64,000 nucleotides of DNA from Candidatus Poseidoniaceae archaeon (GCA_965662895.1 CBFIJH010000007.1:32001-96000), one strand, 5' to 3'. Positions 19,100-29,816 are shown, numbered from the stretch's first letter. Numbers and translations are program-made. Notes: generated by a model from the letters alone, not told the origin.

Positions 19100-19272
19100 G
19101 TGATGAAAATCAAATTTCCAACTGCAAAATTTCAATCATTGCTGCGCGGAGGCGTTAGCACCGTAGATTTTCCGCGCATTACTGGCATCGAGAAAGCCCT
19201 TACGTAAATAAAAAATCCAATTAAAAAATTTAAAATCTAATTGCAATTTTGAAATACAATCAAAACCCAATC
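19100..19272. repeat. AT-rich intergenic region with degenerate AAAATCNAATT repeats
   Basis: AAAATCAAATT 19106, AAAATCCAATT 19212, AAAATCTAATT 19232, GAAATACAATC 19251, AAAACCCAATC 19262. Confidence 0.6.
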
Positions 19273-19307
19273 GGAGGCGTTTAATGGAGGTGTTGTAACC
19301 CTCGACC

Positions 19308-20303
19308 ATGGCCGAGCCTATCCAGAGTCCCTTCCAAGCACCTGCTTGCGATGTGTGCGGCAAGGATGCTGTCGTCGAACAGGCCTATTCTGGGCGTATT
19401 TTATGCGGGCATCACCTCGAAAAGTCCATTCGAAAGAAAGTTGGCAAAGAATTGCGTAAGCAACTTGTTCTGGACAAATCGCAACCGACGACGGTTTTTG
19501 TTGCGATTTCTGGTGGGAAAGATTCAGCAGTTCTTCTGACGCTTCTCGTTGATCTCATCGGGATGCGTCGAGATGTCCGTATTGTTGCTGGTTGCGTTGA
19601 TGAAGGAATCGATGGCTATCGCCCACCATCTCTCCAGTGTGCCATCGATCTTTGTGAAACTCTAGATGTTGAATTCATTTCCACCAGTTACGAAGATCTC
19701 GATTTTCACCAGATGGACGAAGTAGTCAAGCGATTACCAATGATTTCAGAGAAGAAAGATGGCGCATCGACGATGCCTTGCTCGTATTGTGGAGTTTTCC
19801 GTCGGCAAGGTATCAATGCGCTTGCTCAACAAGTCGGCGCTGATGTGGTTGCGCTCGGTCACAATTTGGATGATATGGCCCAAACAGTTCTCATGAATAT
19901 GACAAATGGAGATATTGAGCGAACGTTACGTCTAGCGCCACACACCGATGCTCCAGTCAACGGGCTGCCACCAAGGATTGTTCCTTTACGTTGGATTCCC
20001 GAGCAAGAGATTCACCTGCTTGCGATGCACAAACAACTCCCGCTTCATCATGAAGAGTGTCCTTACGCACAAGGAGCCCTACGATGGCGATACCGGGACA
20101 TTGTCGCACAACTTGAGCAGGATGTACCTGGGACGCGCCACAGTTTGGTCCGGATGTCGGACAACATCAAGACCGTTGCCCGTCAAGAGGTTCCACCCGT
20201 CCAAACGCATCCAACGAAATGCGAACGGTGTGGTTCACCAACATCAGGATCAACGTGCAAAGCTTGCGACATGCGAGATCTTCTCGATGTCGCCTCAGAG
20301 TAG
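19308..20303 (+). CDS. tRNA 2-thiolation protein, TtuA/Ncs6 family
   Basis: N-terminal CxxC...CxxH, SGGKDS PP-loop, CSYC, GHNLDD, CPY, C-terminal CxxC..CxxC. Confidence 0.9.
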   Translation: MAEPIQSPFQAPACDVCGKDAVVEQAYSGRILCGHHLEKSIRKKVGKELRKQLVLDKSQPTTVFVAISGGKDSAVLLTLLVDLIGMRRDVRIVAGCVDEGIDGYRPPSLQCAIDLCETLDVEFISTSYEDLDFHQMDEVVKRLPMISEKKDGASTMPCSYCGVFRRQGINALAQQVGADVVALGHNLDDMAQTVLMNMTNGDIERTLRLAPHTDAPVNGLPPRIVPLRWIPEQEIHLLAMHKQLPLHHEECPYAQGALRWRYRDIVAQLEQDVPGTRHSLVRMSDNIKTVARQEVPPVQTHPTKCERCGSPTSGSTCKACDMRDLLDVASE

Positions 20304-20771
20304 ATTGTGTATCAATTCGTCCAAATCTTGCGGACGTTGGCAATAATGGCATCGTAGGGTGAGAGGATCTGTTTTGGTAACTTTTAGGCGATGCGGCAAA
20401 GGTTCCCTGGAATTTTGTGTTATGCAGTTGGAGAATGTGCATCGAACAACGTTGCGAACCTCTTCACCCAAGTTCACCGTCAATTTCTCAGCTACGGTGT
20501 ATGCTCGAATAATGGCGATACTGGACTCTGGGGAGACCAATGCTAAGCGATCAAGTTCAGATTGGGTCAATTCCCGATCTTCGACCTTGATGATGTCCTT
20601 CGCTCCCATCTTTTTCGATGGGACGTTCATAACCAAAGAAACGGGGACCGATGTATCGCTTGTCAGATTCAGCAGTTCAAGCACTTTGAGAGCTTGCCCT
20701 GAAGGGATGTGGTCAATGACGGTTCCATTCTTGATTGCAGTTACTCGGCGCATGTTGTGTTCTTCCACCAT
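20295..20771 (-). CDS. pyrI: Aspartate carbamoyltransferase regulatory chain
   Basis: IKNGTVIDHI, KDIIKVE, CxxxxC...CHYC zinc site. Confidence 0.95.
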   Translation of the reverse strand: MVEEHNMRRVTAIKNGTVIDHIPSGQALKVLELLNLTSDTSVPVSLVMNVPSKKMGAKDIIKVEDRELTQSELDRLALVSPESSIAIIRAYTVAEKLTVNLGEEVRNVVRCTFSNCITQNSREPLPHRLKVTKTDPLTLRCHYCQRPQDLDELIHNLL

Positions 20772-21715
20772 CAGGCTTCACCTCCAGCGATTTCTGCAGG
20801 AACTTCGATATTGAGCAGTCTGCAGAGCAAAGCCATTCGGGCGACGACACCGTTGAATGCTTGCTCAAAATATCGTGCATGGCGGGTCTTGTCGACACTT
20901 GGATGAATCTCATCCACACGTGGTAGTGGATGGAGGATGACCATCCCAGACTTTGCGTTATCAAGGTCTCGTGCATGGAGTTTGTAAGCCCCAGCAACTT
21001 TAGCGTATTCATCCTCATCAGCAAATCGTTCCTTTTGAATACGCGTCATGTAGACGACATCGGCTTGGTTAATGTTGCCAAGAAGATCCTCCGTTTCTGT
21101 TACATCAGCGCCATGTTCTCGCAAATCTTCAACGATTTCAACAGGCATGCGAAGCAGATCAGGGGATGCGAAAATCAGCCGACAGCCAAATCGAACCAAT
21201 GCATGGGAAAGGCTGTGAACGGTCCGACCATAACGTAGATCGCCGGCGAGAATAACGGTTAGACCTTCGAGCGTACCATGCGATTGTTGAATCGTAAACA
21301 AATCAAGCATGGTTTGGGTTGGATGATGTCCGGCACCGTCTCCACCATTGAGAATAGGAACGCTTGCAGCATCTTGGGCATAGCGTGCAGCACCTTGTCG
21401 GGGATGACGCATTGCGATGATATCGGTGTACCCGTCAACCATCTGAATGGTATCGAACAATGTCTCTCCCTTGACGACAGAGGAGGTCTTCACATCACCA
21501 AGATTGACGACATCTCCGCCCAAGCGCTTCATTGCAGTTTCGAAGGACATTCGTGTCCGAGTGCTGGGTTCAAAGAAGAGGTTGCCAAGAATTTTCCCTT
21601 GCAAGAGCGGAAGATAGGTTTCGCCTCGAGCAACCGGTAGCAAGCGTTCAGCATCGGCAAGAATGCTGTGTATGTCTTCATTCGTTAAGTCGTCCATCGT
21701 GATGAGTCCTTTCAT
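20771..21715 (-). CDS. pyrB: Aspartate carbamoyltransferase catalytic chain
   Basis: FFEPSTRT, HPTQ, HPLPR. Confidence 0.96.
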   Translation of the reverse strand: MKGLITMDDLTNEDIHSILADAERLLPVARGETYLPLLQGKILGNLFFEPSTRTRMSFETAMKRLGGDVVNLGDVKTSSVVKGETLFDTIQMVDGYTDIIAMRHPRQGAARYAQDAASVPILNGGDGAGHHPTQTMLDLFTIQQSHGTLEGLTVILAGDLRYGRTVHSLSHALVRFGCRLIFASPDLLRMPVEIVEDLREHGADVTETEDLLGNINQADVVYMTRIQKERFADEDEYAKVAGAYKLHARDLDNAKSGMVILHPLPRVDEIHPSVDKTRHARYFEQAFNGVVARMALLCRLLNIEVPAEIAGGEA

Positions 21716-21823
21716 TGAATGTCCCCTTCTATGCCAACCATCCAAGCACACCCTTGAACATTGTTGCCAGCCACTATGCAAAGAGTCGGTGGTTTCATCA
21801 TCCAAGCCCTTTCTGGTTGATTC

Positions 21824-23587
21824 ATGCTCTGGGGCGATGTCGATGAGGCGATACAAGCCGAGCGTTTGGTTCGAATTCAGAGAATCGAGCGATTGAGTAC
21901 CATTTGCGCCTTATTTTGTCTCAGTGGAGCGGTTTGGCTGGCTTGGCCAGTACTCAAGGATGCATTTGTTGGTGATGCGAGCCTCCTTACTGGGCTTGGA
22001 ATGCCAGTCCTTGTTCTACTTTGGGGCATTGTCATACAGGACCTCATTCTCGATGATCCTCGAGCTCGCACACGAATCGGAGCGGCTTCAAGCATCATCT
22101 GGCCAGTATTTCTTGTGTTTGCCTTGCGGTCCTATTCAACAAATCCGACCGATCTTCTCGCAATGGTTCTCTTCGCAGCATTGGGTTTTGCAACGTACCA
22201 ATCGTCAGCAAACACGCTCCGCGGTGGAATCGATGTTATGCGGTTCCGAGCGATGATGACGGGTCTTGGTGCACTAACAGTGCTTGGTGTGCTTGTAGGC
22301 GACCGAGCAGGTCGAACGTGGATTGTTGAGCCTGAAGATTGGGCTCACCCTATCTTGTGCCTTGTGATACTTCTTCACGTGGGATATCTTTGGATTGCGG
22401 GCGATGATATGCGAGAAGAACGGAAAGCCTTCCGCCAAGAACTCGATATCATTGAGAATCGATTGCTCGTTTTGCGATCTGAAGGAGCCGCTGTTGATCA
22501 GGCCAGTAGCCTTGTCATGACGGCAAAGGAGGAAGGCCACATCGACCCGTCATTCGGTATGCGTCTCCTTCGTGAGGCAACCGAAGACATAGAGCGTTCG
22601 TTATCCCTTGCTACGGACGTCGATGTTGTGCGAGGTGAAGCCCTTCTCGTCATTCAGCACGCTGAAGAATTGGCACCTCTCGCCAAGCGTCCACGTAAGT
22701 CTTACGAAATGGGAGAACGAGAAGCTTCTCTAGGTTCTCTGCGGGAAGCGGAAGGACTCTTTCGTCAAGCGAAGCGAAGAGCGCAAGAAATCGTTACCTG
22801 GTGGGAGCAAGCAGAAGAAGCCATCCAAACAGCGGACGAACTACTCACCGGCAAATCCGGCGCAACCATCGACAATTTGCGTCAAATCATTCGCGACGCA
22901 CGAAAGCAACTTGACCGGGAGGCACCAAAGAAGGCATTCGAACTTGCATGTGTGATCCCGATTCAATTGCAAGCAGATGGTGATGCTCGTGAGCGTGCAG
23001 TTGAAGTTTTGAGCGATGCAGCAAAAGCACTCAAAGCAACAGATGGATTCGACACCAATGAACTTGAAAAGCGCCTTGAGCAGGCAGAATCAGCGCTCGA
23101 AGCGGGTGATACAGGTCAATCGATTGGCCTTGCAGAGGGGGTTCTTCGCGTGATTCAAATTGAACGCGAATCCATGGAGACGGTCCGTCGCGCACTCCGC
23201 CAACGCAAGAAGATCACAGAGCGATTTGAACATTTTACTGATGCCGAAGAATGGATGGCTCGATTTAAACAGGTTCAGAACGCAGCGGATGAGCGGGAAT
23301 GGAGTCATGCGGCAACGTTGCTTGAACGTTTAACCATCGACCTCGATGCACTCGGTAGCGAACAAGACGAAGCACAGGCATTGCTTGATTTCGTTCGCCA
23401 AGAATGGGCAGTCTTGCGAAACCAATGCAATGCTTCGAGCATACCGGTTTCGGATGAGGATATGAGACAAACTGAGGCGGCAGTTTCCCTCGCAGAAGAA
23501 TATCTCACGAAAGGCCAGGTTGAAGCATCCCTCAAGCAACTTGGTCAAGCCGATGCTTCGATGGAACGACTTCGAAGGCGAGTTTAA
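21824..23587 (+). CDS. Membrane protein (~6 TM) with long helical/coiled-coil C-terminal region
   Basis: Hydrophobic first ~190 aa, then A/E/R/L-rich helical repeats. Confidence 0.75.
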   Translation: MLWGDVDEAIQAERLVRIQRIERLSTICALFCLSGAVWLAWPVLKDAFVGDASLLTGLGMPVLVLLWGIVIQDLILDDPRARTRIGAASSIIWPVFLVFALRSYSTNPTDLLAMVLFAALGFATYQSSANTLRGGIDVMRFRAMMTGLGALTVLGVLVGDRAGRTWIVEPEDWAHPILCLVILLHVGYLWIAGDDMREERKAFRQELDIIENRLLVLRSEGAAVDQASSLVMTAKEEGHIDPSFGMRLLREATEDIERSLSLATDVDVVRGEALLVIQHAEELAPLAKRPRKSYEMGEREASLGSLREAEGLFRQAKRRAQEIVTWWEQAEEAIQTADELLTGKSGATIDNLRQIIRDARKQLDREAPKKAFELACVIPIQLQADGDARERAVEVLSDAAKALKATDGFDTNELEKRLEQAESALEAGDTGQSIGLAEGVLRVIQIERESMETVRRALRQRKKITERFEHFTDAEEWMARFKQVQNAADEREWSHAATLLERLTIDLDALGSEQDEAQALLDFVRQEWAVLRNQCNASSIPVSDEDMRQTEAAVSLAEEYLTKGQVEASLKQLGQADASMERLRRRV

Positions 23588-26146
23588 TCAAACCAAACCA
23601 CGTTGAGCAAGGTTGTCGATGTCCAATCCACTCGGTAATCCAAGGTCAACAGGCATACCTGCAATGGTTACAACAATTCCATAGAGGTGAAGATAAAGCC
23701 CATGCGGGGGTTGATTTTCTGCGTCAAATGGAATCTTTTTCCATACTTTTGACTTCATGTAATGATTTGCAACGGATTCCTCCTTTGAGTGAACAATCCA
23801 TACATTTGCTTGACTTGCATGCTTTTTCGCTGCTGTCGAACCGAGCCGAGGTGAAACGTGGACGGTGTGAAGGATCGGCCAATTACGCACCCAATCGCCT
23901 TCAGAATCGATGAGCATCGTCATCTTGGTTGGTTCGGTTGCCATAGAATCGAGCAGTCCGAGTTCATTCAGAATCCGAATCAATGACCGAACATGGGGGT
24001 GGCGAGGTTCCTTTGTTCGTAACTCTCGTCCGATTCGGACTGCAGTGTTCGGTCGATTGGCATCCAAGTGCAACAAGGCAGCAACAACTCGACCTTGCGC
24101 CCACGATGTTGACGGTAACTTTGAATCGTCTTCATGTTGTTTCATGAACGATTCAAGCATGGAAAGTGCCTCCTCACTGCGGCCCTCCAAACGCATGCGT
24201 GCACAATCTCCGAGGAGAATGAGTCGATCTGCGGGTTTGTTGCGATATTTTCGATTGCTTCGTGGATTTCCTTCAGAGGTACGCTTCAACAAATCGATGT
24301 TTCTACGCATTAAGGGATCAACGCCCAAGACCGGTTGCGAGGCATCTGGAACAACACGTTTCGGGTCAAGAACAGCAGCAAACCATTGCAAACGTGCTGC
24401 CTCAATATCGCTCTTGTTAAGGAGTGCAAGGCGAGGCGCTGCTTCGGGTAGGTCGCGTTGACACAAGCTTGCAGCAGCGAGAATCAATCGGGCAACTTGG
24501 GCATCTCTCCCTGCCTGCAAAGCCAACAAGGAGACAGCATTTTCTTCGGCCTCTTCCCAACGATTCATCCCTGCATAAAGTTGCATCTTTGCATTTGTTT
24601 GTCGAAGCAAATCGAGTCCTTGTGTTGAGGCCTCAGAGGGGTTCAAAATCTCATCGTAGAATTCAATCGCTTTTGTCCACCGATCCTTTGCGATAAGTTC
24701 CGTGAAAGGTCGTTGTTTGAGATAAATCATATCCTCCATTTGTGTAAGCATTTGTCGTTGTTCACTGATGCTTGCATCAAACGAGATGTCATCAAGTTTT
24801 GAACCAACTTGCAATGAAGTCAACCAAACGAGAAGGAAACAAACTTGACCACCAGATGCTAACATCCACGTTAGTTCCTCCATCGCATCCTTTTCGACAT
24901 AGGTACACAATGTTCCTTCCCAGTCACCGCAAGCAGCACCCTGGGGAAGGAAACTTGAATCCCAGAAGGTGATCATGGCAAGTGCCAAGAGAAGCATCGA
25001 CTGTCCAGCAAATCCAGTGAAGCAGAAGTTCAGAACTTTTGCTTGCTGACTTCGCTCTGCTCGCAGCAAACGGCTGTCTGCGAGCCGGATACCACCTCGG
25101 CCCGATACATCTTGAACATCAAGGAACAAGATACGAGCAACTTCGTAAACGAAAAGAAAACCAACCAAGGCGACGTTCAGCAACAAGAACAGGAGAATCG
25201 AGGTAACCAACGGTACGCGTAAGCCAGGGTCGGGAATATTGGAGAACAATTCGATGAGAAAGAACCCAAGGATACCACCTTCTTCCATGATGGTTGCTTG
25301 CTCTCGGTATTCAGGCAACGCAATGACTTGGTCAGAGTGCGTAAACAATTCTGGAGATACGATGATTGCAATGAGGGATAACAAGGTGTTGATCGCAACA
25401 ACGGGCATGGCTATGGTGTTGAGATGAACAATTCGAGCAATGACTTGCTGTCGGGCGTTTGGCGAATGATTGTGAAACGGTGATGGATTTCCTTTCGCAA
25501 TTTGAGAAGATGATTGACGCAGTGCCTGCCATGATGTTCCCATGACGCGGCCATATGCAACAATCGATGGGGAGAAGGCAACGAGAAGCGTGATGCTCAA
25601 TCGGTGCGTGAATGCAATATCCCACGTGCCGAGAATTGAATACAAAAATCCAACACCAATGAACCAACATAGAGTCAGTGCGATGTAGGCTGTGTTGCGA
25701 GCACTGCTCGAAACCTGCAGTTTTGCTTTCCCGTGACCAATCGGTTTGATGATTTGCGCACCAAGAGAGGAACCGGATGAAATCACTGCTGGAAGGATGA
25801 TGAGAATCAAAGCAAGTGAGATGTTTGGAGCATGAAACCCATCGCTCCATCCTTGTGCATAGATGATGTATTCAAAGAACAACAACAATGCGCCAGTAAG
25901 TGCAAAAAGATAGGTTGCAACACCAAACCGCATACCTCGACTACGAAGGAGATCACGTGCTTCACTGAAGGAATCTGTGACCGTGTGGACTTCGTATCGT
26001 TTCGGTCCGGTTTCAAACGCGACTTGCAGCCCACGCAATTGACGGGGAACAACGGTTCTCCAGAACAAGAGCGCAATCACGGCTGCAAGAAGAAGGGGAA
26101 CTGTGGCAATTGAGGCAAAGCCCTCAACAATCACTGGTCCACTCAT
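23588..26146 (-). CDS. Polytopic membrane protein with C-terminal TPR-like helical domain
   Basis: About 9 TM segments then repeats such as RWEEAEENA, RSEEALSML, RPNTAVRI. Confidence 0.7.
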   Translation of the reverse strand: MSGPVIVEGFASIATVPLLLAAVIALLFWRTVVPRQLRGLQVAFETGPKRYEVHTVTDSFSEARDLLRSRGMRFGVATYLFALTGALLLFFEYIIYAQGWSDGFHAPNISLALILIILPAVISSGSSLGAQIIKPIGHGKAKLQVSSSARNTAYIALTLCWFIGVGFLYSILGTWDIAFTHRLSITLLVAFSPSIVAYGRVMGTSWQALRQSSSQIAKGNPSPFHNHSPNARQQVIARIVHLNTIAMPVVAINTLLSLIAIIVSPELFTHSDQVIALPEYREQATIMEEGGILGFFLIELFSNIPDPGLRVPLVTSILLFLLLNVALVGFLFVYEVARILFLDVQDVSGRGGIRLADSRLLRAERSQQAKVLNFCFTGFAGQSMLLLALAMITFWDSSFLPQGAACGDWEGTLCTYVEKDAMEELTWMLASGGQVCFLLVWLTSLQVGSKLDDISFDASISEQRQMLTQMEDMIYLKQRPFTELIAKDRWTKAIEFYDEILNPSEASTQGLDLLRQTNAKMQLYAGMNRWEEAEENAVSLLALQAGRDAQVARLILAAASLCQRDLPEAAPRLALLNKSDIEAARLQWFAAVLDPKRVVPDASQPVLGVDPLMRRNIDLLKRTSEGNPRSNRKYRNKPADRLILLGDCARMRLEGRSEEALSMLESFMKQHEDDSKLPSTSWAQGRVVAALLHLDANRPNTAVRIGRELRTKEPRHPHVRSLIRILNELGLLDSMATEPTKMTMLIDSEGDWVRNWPILHTVHVSPRLGSTAAKKHASQANVWIVHSKEESVANHYMKSKVWKKIPFDAENQPPHGLYLHLYGIVVTIAGMPVDLGLPSGLDIDNLAQRGLV

Positions 26147-26202
26147 GCTTTTCCCACGTCTTGCTTCCTTTTATGCAGTGCGAAACAATGTCACTTTAGG
26201 AT

Positions 26203-28230
26203 TCACTTTTCGTTGCGAACAGGAACCAAACTTGGTTCTGCGATTTTATCATCGATTTCTTGTTTCAAATCCTTGATGAATGCATCAACAGGAATGTCTG
26301 CGATTTGATCGCCAGTACGGGAGCGCAAAGAGACACAATTGTTGTTCATTTCCCCATCACCGAGGATTATCAAGTAGGCAGGTCGCATTTTCCGATGGGT
26401 TCGAATCTTCTTTCCGATCGTGTCGTCTCCATCATCGATTTTTACACGAACACCGTGTTCTTGCAACTTCTCGGCGACCTGTGAAGCGTATTGCTTGTGC
26501 TTTTCCGATATGGTGAGAATGTGGACTTGTGTGGGCGACAACCACGTGGGGAATTTCCCAGCAAAGTGTTCGATGAGGACACCACAAAAACGTTCCATGG
26601 ACCCAAATGGAGCACGATGAATCATCACAGGACGATGATTCTCCCCATCGCTTCCTTTGTACCATAGATCGAACCGTTCGGGAAGATTGTAATCCACTTG
26701 TACCGTGCCTAGTTGCCACTCTCGCCCAATGACATCCTTGACAACAAAGTCAATTTTTGGACCGTAGAATGCGGCTTCTCCTTCTTCTTCGGACCAATTG
26801 ACGCCAAGTTTTGCAGCAGCTGATCGGCATGCTTCCTCTGCTCGATCCCATTGTTTGGATTCTCCGACGTATTTGTCGCTGTTTGGGTCACGCAAACCGA
26901 CGCGAACCCTGTAATCATGCATCCCAAGAACATCAAAAATTGTTTGAACCAATTCAATACAACCCATGACCTCATCAGCAATTTGGTCTTCAGTCACGAA
27001 CAGATGTGCATCGTCTTGCGTGAATCCACGGACACGAGTCATCCCTGAAATTTCACCGGATTGTTCCCATCGATAAACAGTTCCAAACTCAGCCAATCGG
27101 AGTGGAAGGTCACGATAAGAACGTGCTTGAGAGGCATAGATTTTGACGTGATGCGGGCAGTTCATTGGTTTGAGCATGTATCCGTCAATATCGCCTGAAT
27201 TCATCATGTTGGAAAGTTCGGAACATGAGCACCCTTCATCAGCGAGTTTCTTCATCAGTTCGCGCTCGACCAGGGGAGGATATTGACTGTCTTGGTAATA
27301 AGGGAAATGACCGGAGGTTCGGTACAGATCGAGTTTACCAATGTGTGGCGTAAACACCTGGTCGTAGCCTTGCCGCCGCAAATGGTGGGAGATGAAATCT
27401 TGGAGTTGTTGTCGGACAATGGCGCCTCGAGGCGTCCAAAGGATGAGGCCTTGTCCGACCTCTTCGTCAACGTGGAACAATTGCAAATCCTTGCCCAATT
27501 TTCGATGGTCTCGAAGCTTGGCTTGTTCCATTTGATGAAGGGTTGCCTTGAGTGCTTCCTTGGTCGGTTCAACGATTCCATAAATCCGAACCAATTGTTC
27601 TCTGGATTGATCGCCTCGCCAGTACGCTGAGGAGACTGATGTCAAACGACTGAACATCAATTTCGCTGTACTGGGTACGTGTGGGCCAAGGCACAGATCA
27701 TACCATTCACCTTGCTTGTAGATAGTTGAACCATGTCCATCTTCGAGCTTATCATCGATGATTTCAATCTTGTATGGGTTGGATGTAAAATGCTCACGAA
27801 GGTCGTGTTCATCCAACTCAACCCGTTCCACCTTGAGATTGCGGCGAGCAAGTTCATGCATTTTCTTCTCGATTGGTTTCAAATCGCTTTCACTAATGGG
27901 TTCCATTGCAAAATCGTAGTAGAAACCTCGGTCGATGGCAGGACCGATTGTTGGTTTTGCATCAGGATAGAGTTCCATCACCGCTTGGGCAAGAAGGTGC
28001 GCAGCACTGTGACGAAGAATGTGCATACCTTCATCGCTCGCTGCGAGAATCCCCTCAAGATTGCAATCTTGATCCAACGCAGCTGAGAGATCACGCTCGA
28101 CGTTATCGACTCGCGCAGCAAGACATCCGTGTTTCTTGCCAAGGGCATCAACAACGACTTCACCAGCAGTGATGCCAGCAGCATATTCGTTGACTGTACC
28201 ATCCGGCAACGTGACATTGACCATCGACAT
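26203..28230 (-). CDS. thrS: Threonyl-tRNA synthetase (bacterial type)
   Basis: TGS domain, RHSAAH, GFYYDF, DLCLGPH, RDHRKLG, KPMNCPHH, VRGFTQDDAH, GEAAFYGPK, IHRAPFGS. Confidence 0.97.
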   Translation of the reverse strand: MSMVNVTLPDGTVNEYAAGITAGEVVVDALGKKHGCLAARVDNVERDLSAALDQDCNLEGILAASDEGMHILRHSAAHLLAQAVMELYPDAKPTIGPAIDRGFYYDFAMEPISESDLKPIEKKMHELARRNLKVERVELDEHDLREHFTSNPYKIEIIDDKLEDGHGSTIYKQGEWYDLCLGPHVPSTAKLMFSRLTSVSSAYWRGDQSREQLVRIYGIVEPTKEALKATLHQMEQAKLRDHRKLGKDLQLFHVDEEVGQGLILWTPRGAIVRQQLQDFISHHLRRQGYDQVFTPHIGKLDLYRTSGHFPYYQDSQYPPLVERELMKKLADEGCSCSELSNMMNSGDIDGYMLKPMNCPHHVKIYASQARSYRDLPLRLAEFGTVYRWEQSGEISGMTRVRGFTQDDAHLFVTEDQIADEVMGCIELVQTIFDVLGMHDYRVRVGLRDPNSDKYVGESKQWDRAEEACRSAAAKLGVNWSEEEGEAAFYGPKIDFVVKDVIGREWQLGTVQVDYNLPERFDLWYKGSDGENHRPVMIHRAPFGSMERFCGVLIEHFAGKFPTWLSPTQVHILTISEKHKQYASQVAEKLQEHGVRVKIDDGDDTIGKKIRTHRKMRPAYLIILGDGEMNNNCVSLRSRTGDQIADIPVDAFIKDLKQEIDDKIAEPSLVPVRNEK

Positions 28231-28286
28231 AAGGACGCCTCTTGTCAACGCCTCGACGGCCTTATTCATCAATGCGACGCTTGAAA

Positions 28287-28583
28287 TTACCACTCAACGA
28301 TGATGTCGTCGTCCAAATCTTGACTAGGCTTTTCGAGAATAACCTGTTCTTTCACTTCCTTTGGATTCGGTTCTTTTTTGGGTGCAACAACGAAAGAATC
28401 AGCTGCTTCGATTGGGTTGAGTTTGAAACCAAACTGAGGTTTTGCGGGCTCTGCAGGTGGCGTTTCAAGTGGTTGCTTGGTCGCATTTTCTTCCTCTACA
28501 GTTTCACCCTTCCCCATATCTTTCAGGCTTTTTTGCATAATCTCCTCAAGCGTAATCTCATCCGATGTTGAACGTTTGGCCAT
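28287..28583 (-). CDS. Small acidic hypothetical protein
   Basis: 98-aa ORF filling the gap, E/K/P-rich, ends DDDIIVEW. Confidence 0.6.
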   Translation of the reverse strand: MAKRSTSDEITLEEIMQKSLKDMGKGETVEEENATKQPLETPPAEPAKPQFGFKLNPIEAADSFVVAPKKEPNPKEVKEQVILEKPSQDLDDDIIVEW

Positions 28584-28679
28584 GAATGGCGATAACAGGC
28601 GATAACATCAAAACATCGGTTTTTTGATTTCATACGGACAAGAGCAATGATTGAAAACAAACAGAAACGACGTTCCATC

Positions 28680-29816
28680 ATGCGAATCGGCATTGTGGTC
28701 AATCCAGACGCTGGACTTGGAGGTCGATTGGGTTTCAAAGGCAGTGATGGGCGAGCAAAAGAAGCCAGGGAAGCAGGAGCAGTTGACCGTTCTGGACCAC
28801 GTATGCAACAGTGCGTGACGAAATTCACTGAATTCCAACAATCAAGCCTGAATCGCATGGGTGTTTCGCCGACCTTTGTGGCTTGGACGGGGCGAATGGG
28901 TGGTGATTGGTTGGAAGGTATTGCCTACGAGTCCTTGCAACCCTCTCCAACGGAATCGACCGCGGAGGACACAGCGGCCCTTGTTCATGATTTACTCGCA
29001 GCCAATGTGGATGCAATTCTCTATGCTGGCGGAGATGGAACAACCCGTGATATCGTCAATGCCCTCAATGGTCATGAAACCCCATTAATCGGCGTACCTG
29101 CTGGTGTTAAGATGCATTCAGGCTGTTTTGCTACAACTCCGAATGCAGCTGCTGAGGTTTTGCTCGCCTTCCTTCAAGGTGATCTCATGGTTGCCATCAC
29201 GGAAGTCATGGACCTTGATGAAGAGACGTACCAGAAAGGGGAATGGAACGTGCGGATGTACGGTGAGGCATGGACACCATCAAGCCCTCGATTCATGCAA
29301 GGTGCAAAAGAACAAGTCGAACGAGCAAGTGAATCAGAAACGATTGAAGGACTAGCGAATCATATCGGAAATTTGATCGAAGCAGACCCTGAACTCATGA
29401 TCATTTGGGGTAGTGGTGGAACCCTACGCCGCATGGGAGAACACCTTGGTGTTGAATTGACGCTTCTCGGTATTGACATTCAGCACAGAGGTTCAATTCA
29501 TGCCGATTTGAACGAAACCTCACTGCTTGAACATCTTCGTGAGTATGATGGACCACGTTTGCTTCTTCTTTCTCCGATGGGCGGGCAAGGGTTCCTCATT
29601 GGACGCGGCAATCTCCAACTTTCACCTGATGTGTTGAGAGTGATTGGATTGGATTCAATCCTTGGCGTTGCAACCCCGTCGAAATTGCTCGGATTGTCGA
29701 GCGTGCGTATTGATACGGGCGATGTTTCACTTGATGAGGAATTCCAACAACGTCGTTTCGTGAAATTGCTTCAAGGGTACAGGACGACGAGAGTTATTCG
29801 CGTCCTTGAAGCCTAA
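28680..29816 (+). CDS. ATP-NAD kinase family protein (archaeal AcoX-like)
   Basis: [39 protein letters not shown]. Confidence 0.85.
   Translation: MRIGIVVNPDAGLGGRLGFKGSDGRAKEAREAGAVDRSGPRMQQCVTKFTEFQQSSLNRMGVSPTFVAWTGRMGGDWLEGIAYESLQPSPTESTAEDTAALVHDLLAANVDAILYAGGDGTTRDIVNALNGHETPLIGVPAGVKMHSGCFATTPNAAAEVLLAFLQGDLMVAITEVMDLDEETYQKGEWNVRMYGEAWTPSSPRFMQGAKEQVERASESETIEGLANHIGNLIEADPELMIIWGSGGTLRRMGEHLGVELTLLGIDIQHRGSIHADLNETSLLEHLREYDGPRLLLLSPMGGQGFLIGRGNLQLSPDVLRVIGLDSILGVATPSKLLGLSSVRIDTGDVSLDEEFQQRRFVKLLQGYRTTRVIRVLEA

Noticed and set aside
19100-19150. Box C/D sRNA starting at GTGATGA
   Set aside because: No CTGA D box at an appropriate distance.
21716-21856. N-terminal extension or leader peptide on pyrB
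   Set aside because: ATCase homology begins at 21715; the extension overlaps the divergent gene and promoter region, and no attenuator T-tract is evident.
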